The notes under the pieces: model-generated
Seen by the model: only the letters and a program-made list of their open reading frames with translations
Databases searched by the model: none
Told to the model about the DNA's origin: nothing
Source of the DNA: Candidatus Dojkabacteria bacterium
GTDB lineage: Bacteria > Patescibacteriota > Dojkabacteria > B142 > OLB20
Direction of reading: 5' to 3'
NCBI GenBank assembly: GCA_035444565.1
Contig: DAOMOX010000001.1
Coordinates: 59,987 to 123,986 of the forward strand
DNA: 64,000 nt
Program-made: the position numbers and the translations under genes
Shown: in pieces, positions 12,883 to 20,507 of the stretch
Numbering within the stretch: the stretch's first letter is position 1
How the letters are laid out: each line of letters opens with the position of its first letter

Positions 12883-12905
12883 GGTGGCAATAGTTCAGTT
12901 GGTTA
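12883..12905 (+). repeat. Partial duplicate of the tRNA-His 5' end (G-1 plus 22 nt; 22/23 identical to 13188-13210)
   Basis: 'ggtggcaatagttcagttggtta' versus 'ggtggcaatagctcagttggtta' in the intact tRNA. Confidence 0.8.
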
Positions 12906-12925
12906 CCTGCCTGCCGGCAGGCAGG
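12906..12925. repeat. Perfect 20-bp palindrome CCTGCCTGCC/GGCAGGCAGG
   Basis: Seen directly. Lies between the tRNA fragment and the GIY-YIG ORF. Confidence 0.85.
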
Positions 12926-12947
12926 GAGCGCCGATTTATTTGATAAA

Positions 12948-13211
12948 ATGTTTTATATATACATAATTCAAAGCAAAAAGGATCATAAGTTGTATACTGG
13001 TTACACCAAAGACATTGATAAGAGAGTGAGTGACCATAATCTAGGTAAAGTGAAATCAACAAAGGCCAGAATACCTTTTGAGTTAGTTTATAAAGAAATA
13101 TTTAGAACCAAGGAAGAGGCAATCGATAGAGAAAAAGAATTAAAAACTGGTCAATGGAGGGAATTGATAAAAGAATTTATCAAAGATGGTGGCAATAGCT
13201 CAGTTGGTTAG
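12948..13211 (+). CDS. Small GIY-YIG nuclease superfamily protein (YhbQ/UPF0213-like)
   Basis: 'FYIYIIQSKKDHKLYTGYTKDIDKRVSDHN' is a canonical GIY-YIG module followed by a conserved Glu. The 3' end overlaps the first 24 nt of tRNA-His. Confidence 0.75.
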   Translation: MFYIYIIQSKKDHKLYTGYTKDIDKRVSDHNLGKVKSTKARIPFELVYKEIFRTKEEAIDREKELKTGQWRELIKEFIKDGGNSSVG

Positions 13212-13265
13212 AGCGCCTCTCTGTGGAAGAGGAGGTCGTGGGTTCGAGTCCCATTTGCCACCCCA
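13188..13265 (+). tRNA. tRNA-His (anticodon GTG) with genome-encoded G-1 and 3' CCA
   Basis: Manual fold. G-1 precedes acceptor GTGGCAA/TTGCCAC. D arm GCTC-AGTTGGTTA-GAGC. Anticodon stem CCTCT/AGAGG with loop cTGTGga. T arm GTGGG-TTCGAGT-CCCAT. Discriminator C73 then CCA. G-1:C73 is the tRNA-His identity element. Confidence 0.9.
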
Positions 13266-14714
13266 TGTAGGACGCTGGTTCATTTCCACTAATGTAGAGA
13301 AGGGTATTTTATAATCATAGTGCAGTTTTGCACCATCCCAGTTAGCGTTCGATAGTACAAGATTCACAATTTTCGATTTATCGGCGTTATTTTCTTCTCC
13401 TTCTTGTAAAAATAGTTCATGAGCCTCTTGTGAAAGTTCGACAATTTTGTTTGCAGTTGTAAAGAAATTCTTATCCGCTAAATCAATATTCTTTAGCTTT
13501 GTAGTAATCATTCTAATCTCATTAGAGTATTCAGCATACTTAACATCATAGAGGTCTTTAGATATCTTCTCATCAAGATATTCATCATACATTTTGGAAA
13601 GTCTATTCCTTAGTTTGATTTTTCTATCCTGGAGTTCTTTTATTAGATCTTCAGAATAACCAGCCCTATCATTGTTAGTTTTCTTAATTGTTTCTTTAAG
13701 CTCTAATGCTATTTGAGGCTTAATCTTTATTTGTTTAAGTGCCTCTGCTATCTGCTCTGTTAATATTTCTTCCCTAACATAGCTTACAGCGTGTTTTTTT
13801 CTGCCCTGACTACAGCTATAGTAGTGAAAGCCTTTATGTCTTTCGGGGACCATTGAACACCCACAGATGGAGCATTTTATCAATCCCCGATATATGAAAT
13901 TGATTTTACCCATGAGTTTAACAGGATTAATTAATCTATTGGACCTGATATCCTCTGCTTTCCTGAAGAGTTCTTCAGATATTATTTGAGGATAAACATG
14001 CTTGTATTTAATATTCTTTTTCTTGTATGTAGCAATACCTATGTAAAAGTCATCCATTAAAATTCTACCTATCTTACTGCTCACTAGCTTTACATTATCT
14101 TCTTTGAGGGATTGAACAATCTCTCTAATAGACATACCATCATATACATAAAGATTAAAAATCTTCTGAACTACCTTAGAGGTAAACTCATCTACTACAA
14201 TATTATTGGGAACGTTTTTGTATCCATAAGGGGCTTTACCGAGTGATAAACCCTTTGATATCCTTTCATTAATAACCTTCTTAACGTTATCAGAAACGGA
14301 TAGTGCATAGCTTTTAGCAAACATTACCCCCATATCCCACCTCAATAACTCATGGCTCCTGGAGTCCTGGTTAATAACTAGATTTTCTGCTATGAAATGG
14401 ACCTCTATTTTATTGGATTTTCGTAAATCATCGAGTGCTACACTATCTCCGAAGTTACGCATACCTCTATCAATGGTATCAAACACTAATGCTACAACGG
14501 AGTTGAGTTCATCAACACGTTTCAACATCTCTTTGAAGGTTTTACGTTCATGCCTTCTACTTGCAGTTTCTACAACTTGATAAATATCTTTAGGAGATTG
14601 TATGAAGAGGTCGTTTTTTTCAAGGTAGGAATATACCCTCTTGAGTTGTGAAGGGATGGAGAAATTATCGCTTTGGTCTGGAGTTGATACTCTAGTAAAT
14701 ACGAAAGCCCTCAA
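13200..14714 (-). CDS. Large serine recombinase (phage integrase)
   Basis: N-terminal resolvase catalytic domain 'FVFTRVSTPDQ'. Central recombinase domain. Zinc ribbon 'CSICGCSMVPERHKGFHYYSCSQ'. C-terminal coiled coil. The 3' end overlaps the complement of tRNA-His. Confidence 0.85.
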   Translation of the reverse strand: MRAFVFTRVSTPDQSDNFSIPSQLKRVYSYLEKNDLFIQSPKDIYQVVETASRRHERKTFKEMLKRVDELNSVVALVFDTIDRGMRNFGDSVALDDLRKSNKIEVHFIAENLVINQDSRSHELLRWDMGVMFAKSYALSVSDNVKKVINERISKGLSLGKAPYGYKNVPNNIVVDEFTSKVVQKIFNLYVYDGMSIREIVQSLKEDNVKLVSSKIGRILMDDFYIGIATYKKKNIKYKHVYPQIISEELFRKAEDIRSNRLINPVKLMGKINFIYRGLIKCSICGCSMVPERHKGFHYYSCSQGRKKHAVSYVREEILTEQIAEALKQIKIKPQIALELKETIKKTNNDRAGYSEDLIKELQDRKIKLRNRLSKMYDEYLDEKISKDLYDVKYAEYSNEIRMITTKLKNIDLADKNFFTTANKIVELSQEAHELFLQEGEENNADKSKIVNLVLSNANWDGAKLHYDYKIPFSTLVEMNQRPTWGGKWDSNPRPPLPQRGALTN

Positions 14715-14779
14715 GTTATGAATTAATAATTAAACGTGGGAAGTAATCTTATTGAATAACAGATTGAGGATTTTGTCAA

Positions 14780-14998
14780 TTATTTCTTTGGTTGTCTAGG
14801 AGGCTGAGGGGGCTGAGGAATTATTCGTTTTTCTCTCCTATTCCTATCTTGGCTGCCCCTTATTTTCGGTCTAGGAGTTGGACGTTTACCCTGCCCCCCC
14901 ATGTTAATTATATTTCCCCCACTTATTAACAATGTGTTTTCAAAGTGTATTAAAGGCGATTGTGTTAGGATACCTTCTTCAGTTCCAATAATTTCCAT
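14780..14998 (-). CDS. hypothetical small protein with an Arg/Pro-rich basic C-terminus
   Basis: 72-aa ORF ending 'RPTPRPKIRGSQDRNRREKRIIPQPPQPPRQPKK'. Confidence 0.3.
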   Translation of the reverse strand: MEIIGTEEGILTQSPLIHFENTLLISGGNIINMGGQGKRPTPRPKIRGSQDRNRREKRIIPQPPQPPRQPKK

Positions 14999-15177
14999 GC
15001 GAGAATATTTCCTAATATACCTAATGCAACAGGAATATATCTACCTATTGCCCCACCTGCCGCTATTGCATCATCACTCACCATTGCAATCATGGTAGCA
15101 ATTCCAGCATAAAGAATAATCTTTACTGGAGTTGGTAGACTATCGAATTTAGATCTTGTTGTGTAGAGTAATCTCAT
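14965..15177 (-). CDS. small membrane protein (holin-like, 2 TM helices)
   Basis: 70 aa with two hydrophobic helices. Lies downstream of the putative lysin. Confidence 0.4.
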   Translation of the reverse strand: MRLLYTTRSKFDSLPTPVKIILYAGIATMIAMVSDDAIAAGGAIGRYIPVALGILGNILAWKLLELKKVS

Positions 15178-15182
15178 TACAA

Positions 15183-15374
15183 TTAATTAATAGATAAAAT
15201 AGGTGTAGGAACTGGAGCTAGTTCGTTAATGTCTGCACTCAACAATTCCCGATTAAATGTTTGTAGGTAAAAGAGTATTAATATCAGCAGTAAAACAACT
15301 GCTAGTGTGTACATAATAGAATCAGTTTTTCTCATGTTTTCGATTGAATAAATTTTTGATAAAGGTATAAACAT
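15183..15374 (-). CDS. small membrane protein (holin or spanin-like, 1 TM helix)
   Basis: 63 aa with TM 'MYTLAVVLLLILILFYL'. Confidence 0.35.
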   Translation of the reverse strand: MFIPLSKIYSIENMRKTDSIMYTLAVVLLLILILFYLQTFNRELLSADINELAPVPTPILSIN

Positions 15375-16491
15375 CTTTTAATAATCTTTTGTAATCATCT
15401 GCACTCCCTTGTGTTTCCTGGAGGAGTTTCTCATACTTTTCCTCTAGCTTATTGTATTGGGCGGTCTTTGTTATTAATTGAGAGTTTTGCTCTGCAACTG
15501 TATTCTTTAGTTCTACAATTTGAGGTTCCCAATTCAAAGCCTCATTTTCCAATACTAGAATTTGATGTTTCGCCTCTTCAAGTTCTTTCTTTTTGCCTAA
15601 CAGTTCCACGTGGGCTGTATCCAGTTGAGCATTGAGAGAGTCTATAGTCGGTTGTAATTCCTCTACTTGTGCTTTGTATTTGTTTCTATCTGTAGTTAAA
15701 CCCCCAATCCTTGCATTAAGTTTAGCTATCTCACTATCTTTAGTTGCTACAACTTTAGTCATTGTTTCAAGTTCAGTCTTAACCGCTTTGCATGGGTCGG
15801 GTCTATTATCATATTGTTTTGTAACCCCTTTAGCGGTTACTTCATAAAGCGCCTCTAACATACCAGTATTGATTGGTCCCCCATCATTCCCCACACTTTT
15901 ATTACAGAACACAGTCCAGGAGGTACCCTTTGAAATATTCTTAACAGTTGCGTTCTCATTGATAGAACCTGATGTAACCCTCATGTACATATCGGACCCT
16001 TTTAGATAAAGATCATAATTAAAACTCATTGGAGGTTGATTAGAATTAGAAATAGGTAAGTGTACGCCTTTGTTTAAGCCCGTATAGGCATTAGAACCAT
16101 AACTGGTTGATATCTTGATAGATGGGTCCAGGTGTTCTAGGTATCTTAGGTATTTAGTAACTGTACTAGCATATCCGCCAATCTTTATATGCACGTGTAG
16201 AAACTTTGAAGGTACTAAATCAAATGCAATTTCTCCTCTTTTAGCGGACCTTGCATTCCTGATATGAACTGCAAAGAGATAGTAATCTGTTCCAGTTAGT
16301 TTGAATACTGCATAATTGGTTCCATCCCCATTAGGTGCCTCTAATATCTTTTCATAGTCATACCATGCTCTATTAAGTCCAGGAGTATGTACCATGTCTA
16401 GACGATAACCCCCACTCTTTTTATGTTCGGCAGTTTGTAATCCGCCCCCTATGATAAATTCTTTTAAGTAACTGTTCCCTAAATAGCTCAT
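15322..16491 (-). CDS. Putative lysis protein: globular N-terminal domain with an HxH motif (possibly M23-like peptidase) and a ~150-aa C-terminal coiled coil
   Basis: 'LFAVHIRN...FLHVHIKIGGYA' resembles the M23 HxH region. The C-terminal half is a heptad-rich coiled coil. Two holin-like genes lie immediately downstream. Confidence 0.3.
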   Translation of the reverse strand: MSYLGNSYLKEFIIGGGLQTAEHKKSGGYRLDMVHTPGLNRAWYDYEKILEAPNGDGTNYAVFKLTGTDYYLFAVHIRNARSAKRGEIAFDLVPSKFLHVHIKIGGYASTVTKYLRYLEHLDPSIKISTSYGSNAYTGLNKGVHLPISNSNQPPMSFNYDLYLKGSDMYMRVTSGSINENATVKNISKGTSWTVFCNKSVGNDGGPINTGMLEALYEVTAKGVTKQYDNRPDPCKAVKTELETMTKVVATKDSEIAKLNARIGGLTTDRNKYKAQVEELQPTIDSLNAQLDTAHVELLGKKKELEEAKHQILVLENEALNWEPQIVELKNTVAEQNSQLITKTAQYNKLEEKYEKLLQETQGSADDYKRLLKDVYTFIKNLFNRKHEKN

Positions 16492-16587
16492 ATGATGGCA
16501 TTAAGTAAGAAGTAGGTTTGCATCAGAAATAAATAGATTGAAGTAATGGTTACAATAGAGAGAAGAATTTTTATTATCCTAATATCT

Positions 16588-16986
16588 TTATTCATTGTCT
16601 GAATCTAATAATTCAATAGATACGTAAGCTATATCCTTATTCAATGTAGGGTCAAAAGAGAGGTTCACATGGCGGAGGATTGTATAGTTATCATCACTTA
16701 GAATAGCGGTATCTACTAGTAAATCAGCTATGCTTTCAAACTTATTGGAAAGGTCCCATTTTCTCTTACTAGCAGTACCAAAAAGGACATCGATTTTAAC
16801 TGGAGTATTTACTGGAAGTTCTATTTCTGACCGATACAGAGCCTTCTGTACGTTGAGTTCCCATTTCTTATCCCTTGCCCATTGTTCGTGATTAACCGAG
16901 GGTACACTAAATTTTCTACCACCCCTCATAATCATCCTTCTTGAGTTCTTCTTACTAGGGATTATCCCTTCAAGAATAAAGTTCAT
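16588..16986 (-). CDS. rusA: RusA-family Holliday junction resolvase
   Basis: 132 aa. Contains 'PSKKNSRR', 'VPSVN' and 'ILSDDNY', which are conserved RusA catalytic Asp and PSxN blocks. Confidence 0.7.
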   Translation of the reverse strand: MNFILEGIIPSKKNSRRMIMRGGRKFSVPSVNHEQWARDKKWELNVQKALYRSEIELPVNTPVKIDVLFGTASKRKWDLSNKFESIADLLVDTAILSDDNYTILRHVNLSFDPTLNKDIAYVSIELLDSDNE

Positions 16987-17345
16987 TTAGGGGATGAGAT
17001 TAAGTTAAATACAAACTGAATCAAGAATACAACTCCAGGTAATCCCAGGAATGAAATTACAAGCCATAGGTTTTGGAATATCCATTGATTCTTTTCTCTG
17101 TATCTAGTATTGACCTGATGTTCTGCAATCATGTTTTCGGTAATGTCTAAGTGGTTCCTCAATTGGTCCCTTACTCTATTAACCTCTTTTTCTAAGGTAT
17201 CCGTTCTCTTCGTGATAGTATCAATTGCTATTGGAATTACCCGAATCTGCTCTGATACTTCTGCAAACTTCTCAACCATTGTTTGCCTTAACCAACTAAC
17301 ATCATTTTTAATTACAGCAATATCAGTAGTTTCTTGATGGTCCAT
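16983..17345 (-). CDS. hypothetical coiled-coil protein with a C-terminal TM anchor
   Basis: 120 aa. Ends 'WLVISFLGLPGVVFLIQFVF'. Confidence 0.4.
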   Translation of the reverse strand: MDHQETTDIAVIKNDVSWLRQTMVEKFAEVSEQIRVIPIAIDTITKRTDTLEKEVNRVRDQLRNHLDITENMIAEHQVNTRYREKNQWIFQNLWLVISFLGLPGVVFLIQFVFNLISSPK

Positions 17346-17362
17346 AAGGTTTAATTACTAAT

Positions 17363-17425
17363 TTTTGCTTTCGGGAGTATTACTTTTATGTTGCAAAAAG
17401 TCAAGAAAAAAGTAATACTCCGCCC
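17363..17425. promoter_or_regulatory. Bidirectional palindromic late-promoter-like element (TTGCAA-N16-TAATACTCCGCCC going right; TTGACT-N16-TAATACTCCCG going left)
   Basis: 14-bp perfect palindrome arms GGAGTATTACTTTT (17374-17387) and AAAAGTAATACTCC (17408-17421). The element sits immediately before the TerL ATG. The same motif is found at 42786-42820 and 45983-46016. Confidence 0.55.
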
Positions 17426-19873
17426 ATGAAATCAAATACATACACTTACAAAGAGTTAATGATAGAAACAATTCGCAGGAGAAGAGAGGAAAAATATAGG
17501 TTTTATGAACCCATTGGTAAGGTTGAGGAGTTTCTTAATAATTTTGGTTCATGTGATTTTTTTGTTTCTGTGCTGAGTGCCGCTAATGGTGTTGGCAAAA
17601 CTACTTTAATAGGGAATATATTAGCTAATCTATTCTATCCGAATAAGAACTCATACTTTCATCAGAAATTGTTTCAAGATTATCCTTTCTCATTAAAGCG
17701 TGGAAGGATAGTTTCTGAACCTACTACCATCAAAGAAACGATTATACCTATGTTAGAGGAGTGGTTAATTCCTGGTACCTACAAGCGTGAAAAAATGGGA
17801 AAGAATTACTACTACCATTGGGAGGTAGAGGGAGGATGGGTTTTCGATATTATGAGTTATGATCAAGCGGTTAAAGAGTTTGAATCTATTACTTTAGGAT
17901 GGTGTCTCTTTGACGAACCACCGCCTGAACCAATTTATAAAGCCACAGTATCACGTATGAGGCGTGGGGGTATCATTGGTATATTTATGACCCCTCTAGC
18001 AGGTTCAGCCTGGATTTATGATGATATTATTGCTAATCAGAACAATGATGAGGGAGAGAGATACTGGAGTACAGCAGAGATGGAGGACGCTTGTTTTCCT
18101 TTATGGATGGAAGTGTTAACAAACCAAGGTTGGAAAAGTTTTAATGATATAGATATCAAAATTGATAAGTATGCAAGTGTAGATTCATTTAATAATAGAT
18201 TCAGCTTCAAAAAATCAACTAGGTTGGTAGAGAAAACCGCTAATGAATTATGCTATCTCAATAGTGGAATTACCTGCACACCAGATCATGACTTTCCCGC
18301 AATTAGAGATGATGGGAAAATACATAGAGTTAAAGCATCACAACTATACAGGGGAAACAAATTACTAACAAGATCTAGAATACACTCCGATAAACTAAAT
18401 TATTCTCCTGATGAAAGGTTTACACCTCTGCAATGGGCAGAGTTTTTAGGGTGGTATATCTCCGAGGGATGCGCTGAAGGGTCAAAGAGTGGAAATAACC
18501 AACACAATCAAGTAATAATTTCTCAAACAAATAAAAGACTCGAACTAGAAACTTTCCTAAATTCTCTCCAGATAGGGTTTAAAAGTAAAAAATCAGGCGA
18601 TAATTGGATATGTGATGAAAAACTTCATCAAATACTTTCACCACTAGGAACAGCAAGAGATAAATATTTACCTTCATATGTGTTTGAAGGGGATTATGAT
18701 TACAGGCATAGACTCCTCGACTCGTTAATAATGGGAGATGGAGATGAGAACGATACTGCATATAGATATAGGACATCTTCAGAAAGATTATCAGACGATA
18801 TACAAATCCTTGCTATGAGTTTAGGTTACAGAACAACAATTACATATCAATCTAATAGGGAAAGATATATTAAAGGTAAAAAACTTCCAGCTATAGGTGG
18901 TGTTTACACTATACGAATACTAAAAAGTAATAAAAACATTTATATTGAAAGAAAACCAGAAATACATACCACAGAACCACAAAAAGTGCGGTGTGTAACA
19001 GTCGAGGATGGCTACATCTTTGTTCGTAACCCGATAGAGAAAGTACCAGTAATAGCAGGGAATTGTATTGAGCATGGAGTTAGAGGTTTCCTACAACACA
19101 AAGATATTGAAAGGATTGTAAATCAGTTCAGCGAGGAAGATAAACAAGCTAGGGTAAAGGGACAATTCCAGCATTTAACAGGCTTAGTATTCAAACAATT
19201 CCAGCCACAAATCCATGTAATAGAACCTTTCGATATAGATATATATAACTATGTAGTAGTGGAGGCACTAGATACTCATCCACGAGTTCCAGATGCTTTG
19301 CTTTATGTAGCAATAAACGAGCAGGGACAGCACTTTGTTATAGATGAATCCTTCGAGAATAACACAACATCACAACTTGCTTTCAAGATTAAACAAAAGA
19401 GGTCTAACTACAGAGTGGTGAAGAAACTTATTGAACCAGCCGCATTTAACCAGGACCAGCATAGAGATTTAAGACAAGGACAATATGCATCCTTAGCAGA
19501 TGAGTTGTATTACGAACATGGATTAGACTTTGAGGCAGGTAGTAAAAGAAGATTAGATGCCATCAAAAGGATTGGGGACTATTTATCCTATCAGAAAGTC
19601 GGGGACCAGTTCATTACATCCCCTAATCTATATATCTTTAGTAGTTGTACGAGATTGAAGTATGAAATTCAGCACTACTTATGGGATGAGTGGAGAGGTA
19701 AGTCGGCTGAATATAGGTCTAAAAAAGAAACACCAATGGACAAGGATGACCACTTGATAGAGGATTTGGGTAGGGTTCTATTAGAGAACGTTCAATTCAC
19801 ACCATATGTTAAGCCATCTTCAATGGACAATAATTCTATTTCTTATAATTCAGATCCATATGCCAAAGTCTAA
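17426..19873 (+). CDS. terL: Terminase large subunit (TerL) interrupted by an intein
   Basis: N-terminal ATPase with Walker A 'AANGVGKTT' and Walker B 'WCLFDEPPP'. C-terminal nuclease region after the intein. The exteins together are ~491 aa, a typical TerL size. Confidence 0.85.
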   Translation: MKSNTYTYKELMIETIRRRREEKYRFYEPIGKVEEFLNNFGSCDFFVSVLSAANGVGKTTLIGNILANLFYPNKNSYFHQKLFQDYPFSLKRGRIVSEPTTIKETIIPMLEEWLIPGTYKREKMGKNYYYHWEVEGGWVFDIMSYDQAVKEFESITLGWCLFDEPPPEPIYKATVSRMRRGGIIGIFMTPLAGSAWIYDDIIANQNNDEGERYWSTAEMEDACFPLWMEVLTNQGWKSFNDIDIKIDKYASVDSFNNRFSFKKSTRLVEKTANELCYLNSGITCTPDHDFPAIRDDGKIHRVKASQLYRGNKLLTRSRIHSDKLNYSPDERFTPLQWAEFLGWYISEGCAEGSKSGNNQHNQVIISQTNKRLELETFLNSLQIGFKSKKSGDNWICDEKLHQILSPLGTARDKYLPSYVFEGDYDYRHRLLDSLIMGDGDENDTAYRYRTSSERLSDDIQILAMSLGYRTTITYQSNRERYIKGKKLPAIGGVYTIRILKSNKNIYIERKPEIHTTEPQKVRCVTVEDGYIFVRNPIEKVPVIAGNCIEHGVRGFLQHKDIERIVNQFSEEDKQARVKGQFQHLTGLVFKQFQPQIHVIEPFDIDIYNYVVVEALDTHPRVPDALLYVAINEQGQHFVIDESFENNTTSQLAFKIKQKRSNYRVVKKLIEPAAFNQDQHRDLRQGQYASLADELYYEHGLDFEAGSKRRLDAIKRIGDYLSYQKVGDQFITSPNLYIFSSCTRLKYEIQHYLWDEWRGKSAEYRSKKETPMDKDDHLIEDLGRVLLENVQFTPYVKPSSMDNNSISYNSDPYAKV
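18092..19063 (+). mobile_element. Intein (324 aa) with a LAGLIDADG homing endonuclease domain, inserted in TerL
   Basis: Block A starts with Cys ('CFPLWMEVLT'). Block B 'GITCTPDHDF'. LAGLIDADG motifs 'LGWYISEGCAEG' and 'LLDSLIMGDGDEN'. Block F 'VRCVTVEDGYIFV'. Block G 'VPVIAGN' is followed by the +1 Cys ('CIEHG'). Confidence 0.8.
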
Positions 19874-20084
19874 ATCACCTGAAAGAAAACTATTGAGTCA
19901 AAAAGAGTGTGTGATGAAGGTATCAATATATGAGGCTACATTAATCCTGGAATTAAGGAAACTGAGTTTTGGGAATGTAACTATTTATAAAAACATGGGA
20001 GAACCTTTCAGAATTAATCTAAATCAATCTAAGAACCTTAATATAGATGAGGCGGTTAAATCAGAAGATGTACAAATACTCTAA
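19860..20084 (+). CDS. hypothetical small protein
   Basis: This ORF overlaps the TerL 3' end. A start at 19860 or 19914 is possible. Confidence 0.3.
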   Translation: MPKSKSPERKLLSQKECVMKVSIYEATLILELRKLSFGNVTIYKNMGEPFRINLNQSKNLNIDEAVKSEDVQIL

Positions 20085-20113
20085 AATACAATTTTATTTA
20101 TTAGGACAATACA

Positions 20114-20506
20114 ATGCAATTTACAAATTCAGAGGGGAAATACATAGACCTGGAAAGATTCGTATGGATAGCCTTCTACAACGATAACACTTCACTAAGT
20201 CAATTCGATACAGATACTCAAGCGTATCACTACTTCAGAGAGATTGAACAATCTAAACTCATTGTATTTAGGATATTAGATACTTCTAATAATCAGACAT
20301 ACGACCTACAGTTTGACCCTTCAACAATGAAACTAATTCACTTCTATAGAACGTTAGTTGTAAAAGGTGCATCTACAACCCAAATAAGATTAACTTGTTT
20401 TGGATACGAAACAAAGCAAGGGGCAGTAATAAACGTTCTACTTCCCGATGGTAGATTAATCACTACAAATAACAAGGATTTCCATATTAATTTACAGGTT
20501 ATATAA
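20114..20506 (+). CDS. hypothetical protein
   Basis: 130-aa ORF. Its stop overlaps the start of the next gene. Confidence 0.45.
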   Translation: MQFTNSEGKYIDLERFVWIAFYNDNTSLSQFDTDTQAYHYFREIEQSKLIVFRILDTSNNQTYDLQFDPSTMKLIHFYRTLVVKGASTTQIRLTCFGYETKQGAVINVLLPDGRLITTNNKDFHINLQVI

Positions 20507-20507
20507 A

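Noticed and set aside
12883-13265. Group I intron with a GIY-YIG homing endonuclease splitting tRNA-His
   Set aside because: The downstream tRNA-His is complete, with both halves intact. The upstream piece is therefore a partial duplicate rather than a 5' exon. The GIY-YIG protein is the small YhbQ-like type, not an intron-encoded endonuclease.
19021-19040. Intein C-terminal junction at 'FVRN|P'
   Set aside because: The +1 residue would be Pro, which cannot act as the splice nucleophile. 'VIAGN|C', 8 residues later, fits block G and leaves block F immediately upstream.
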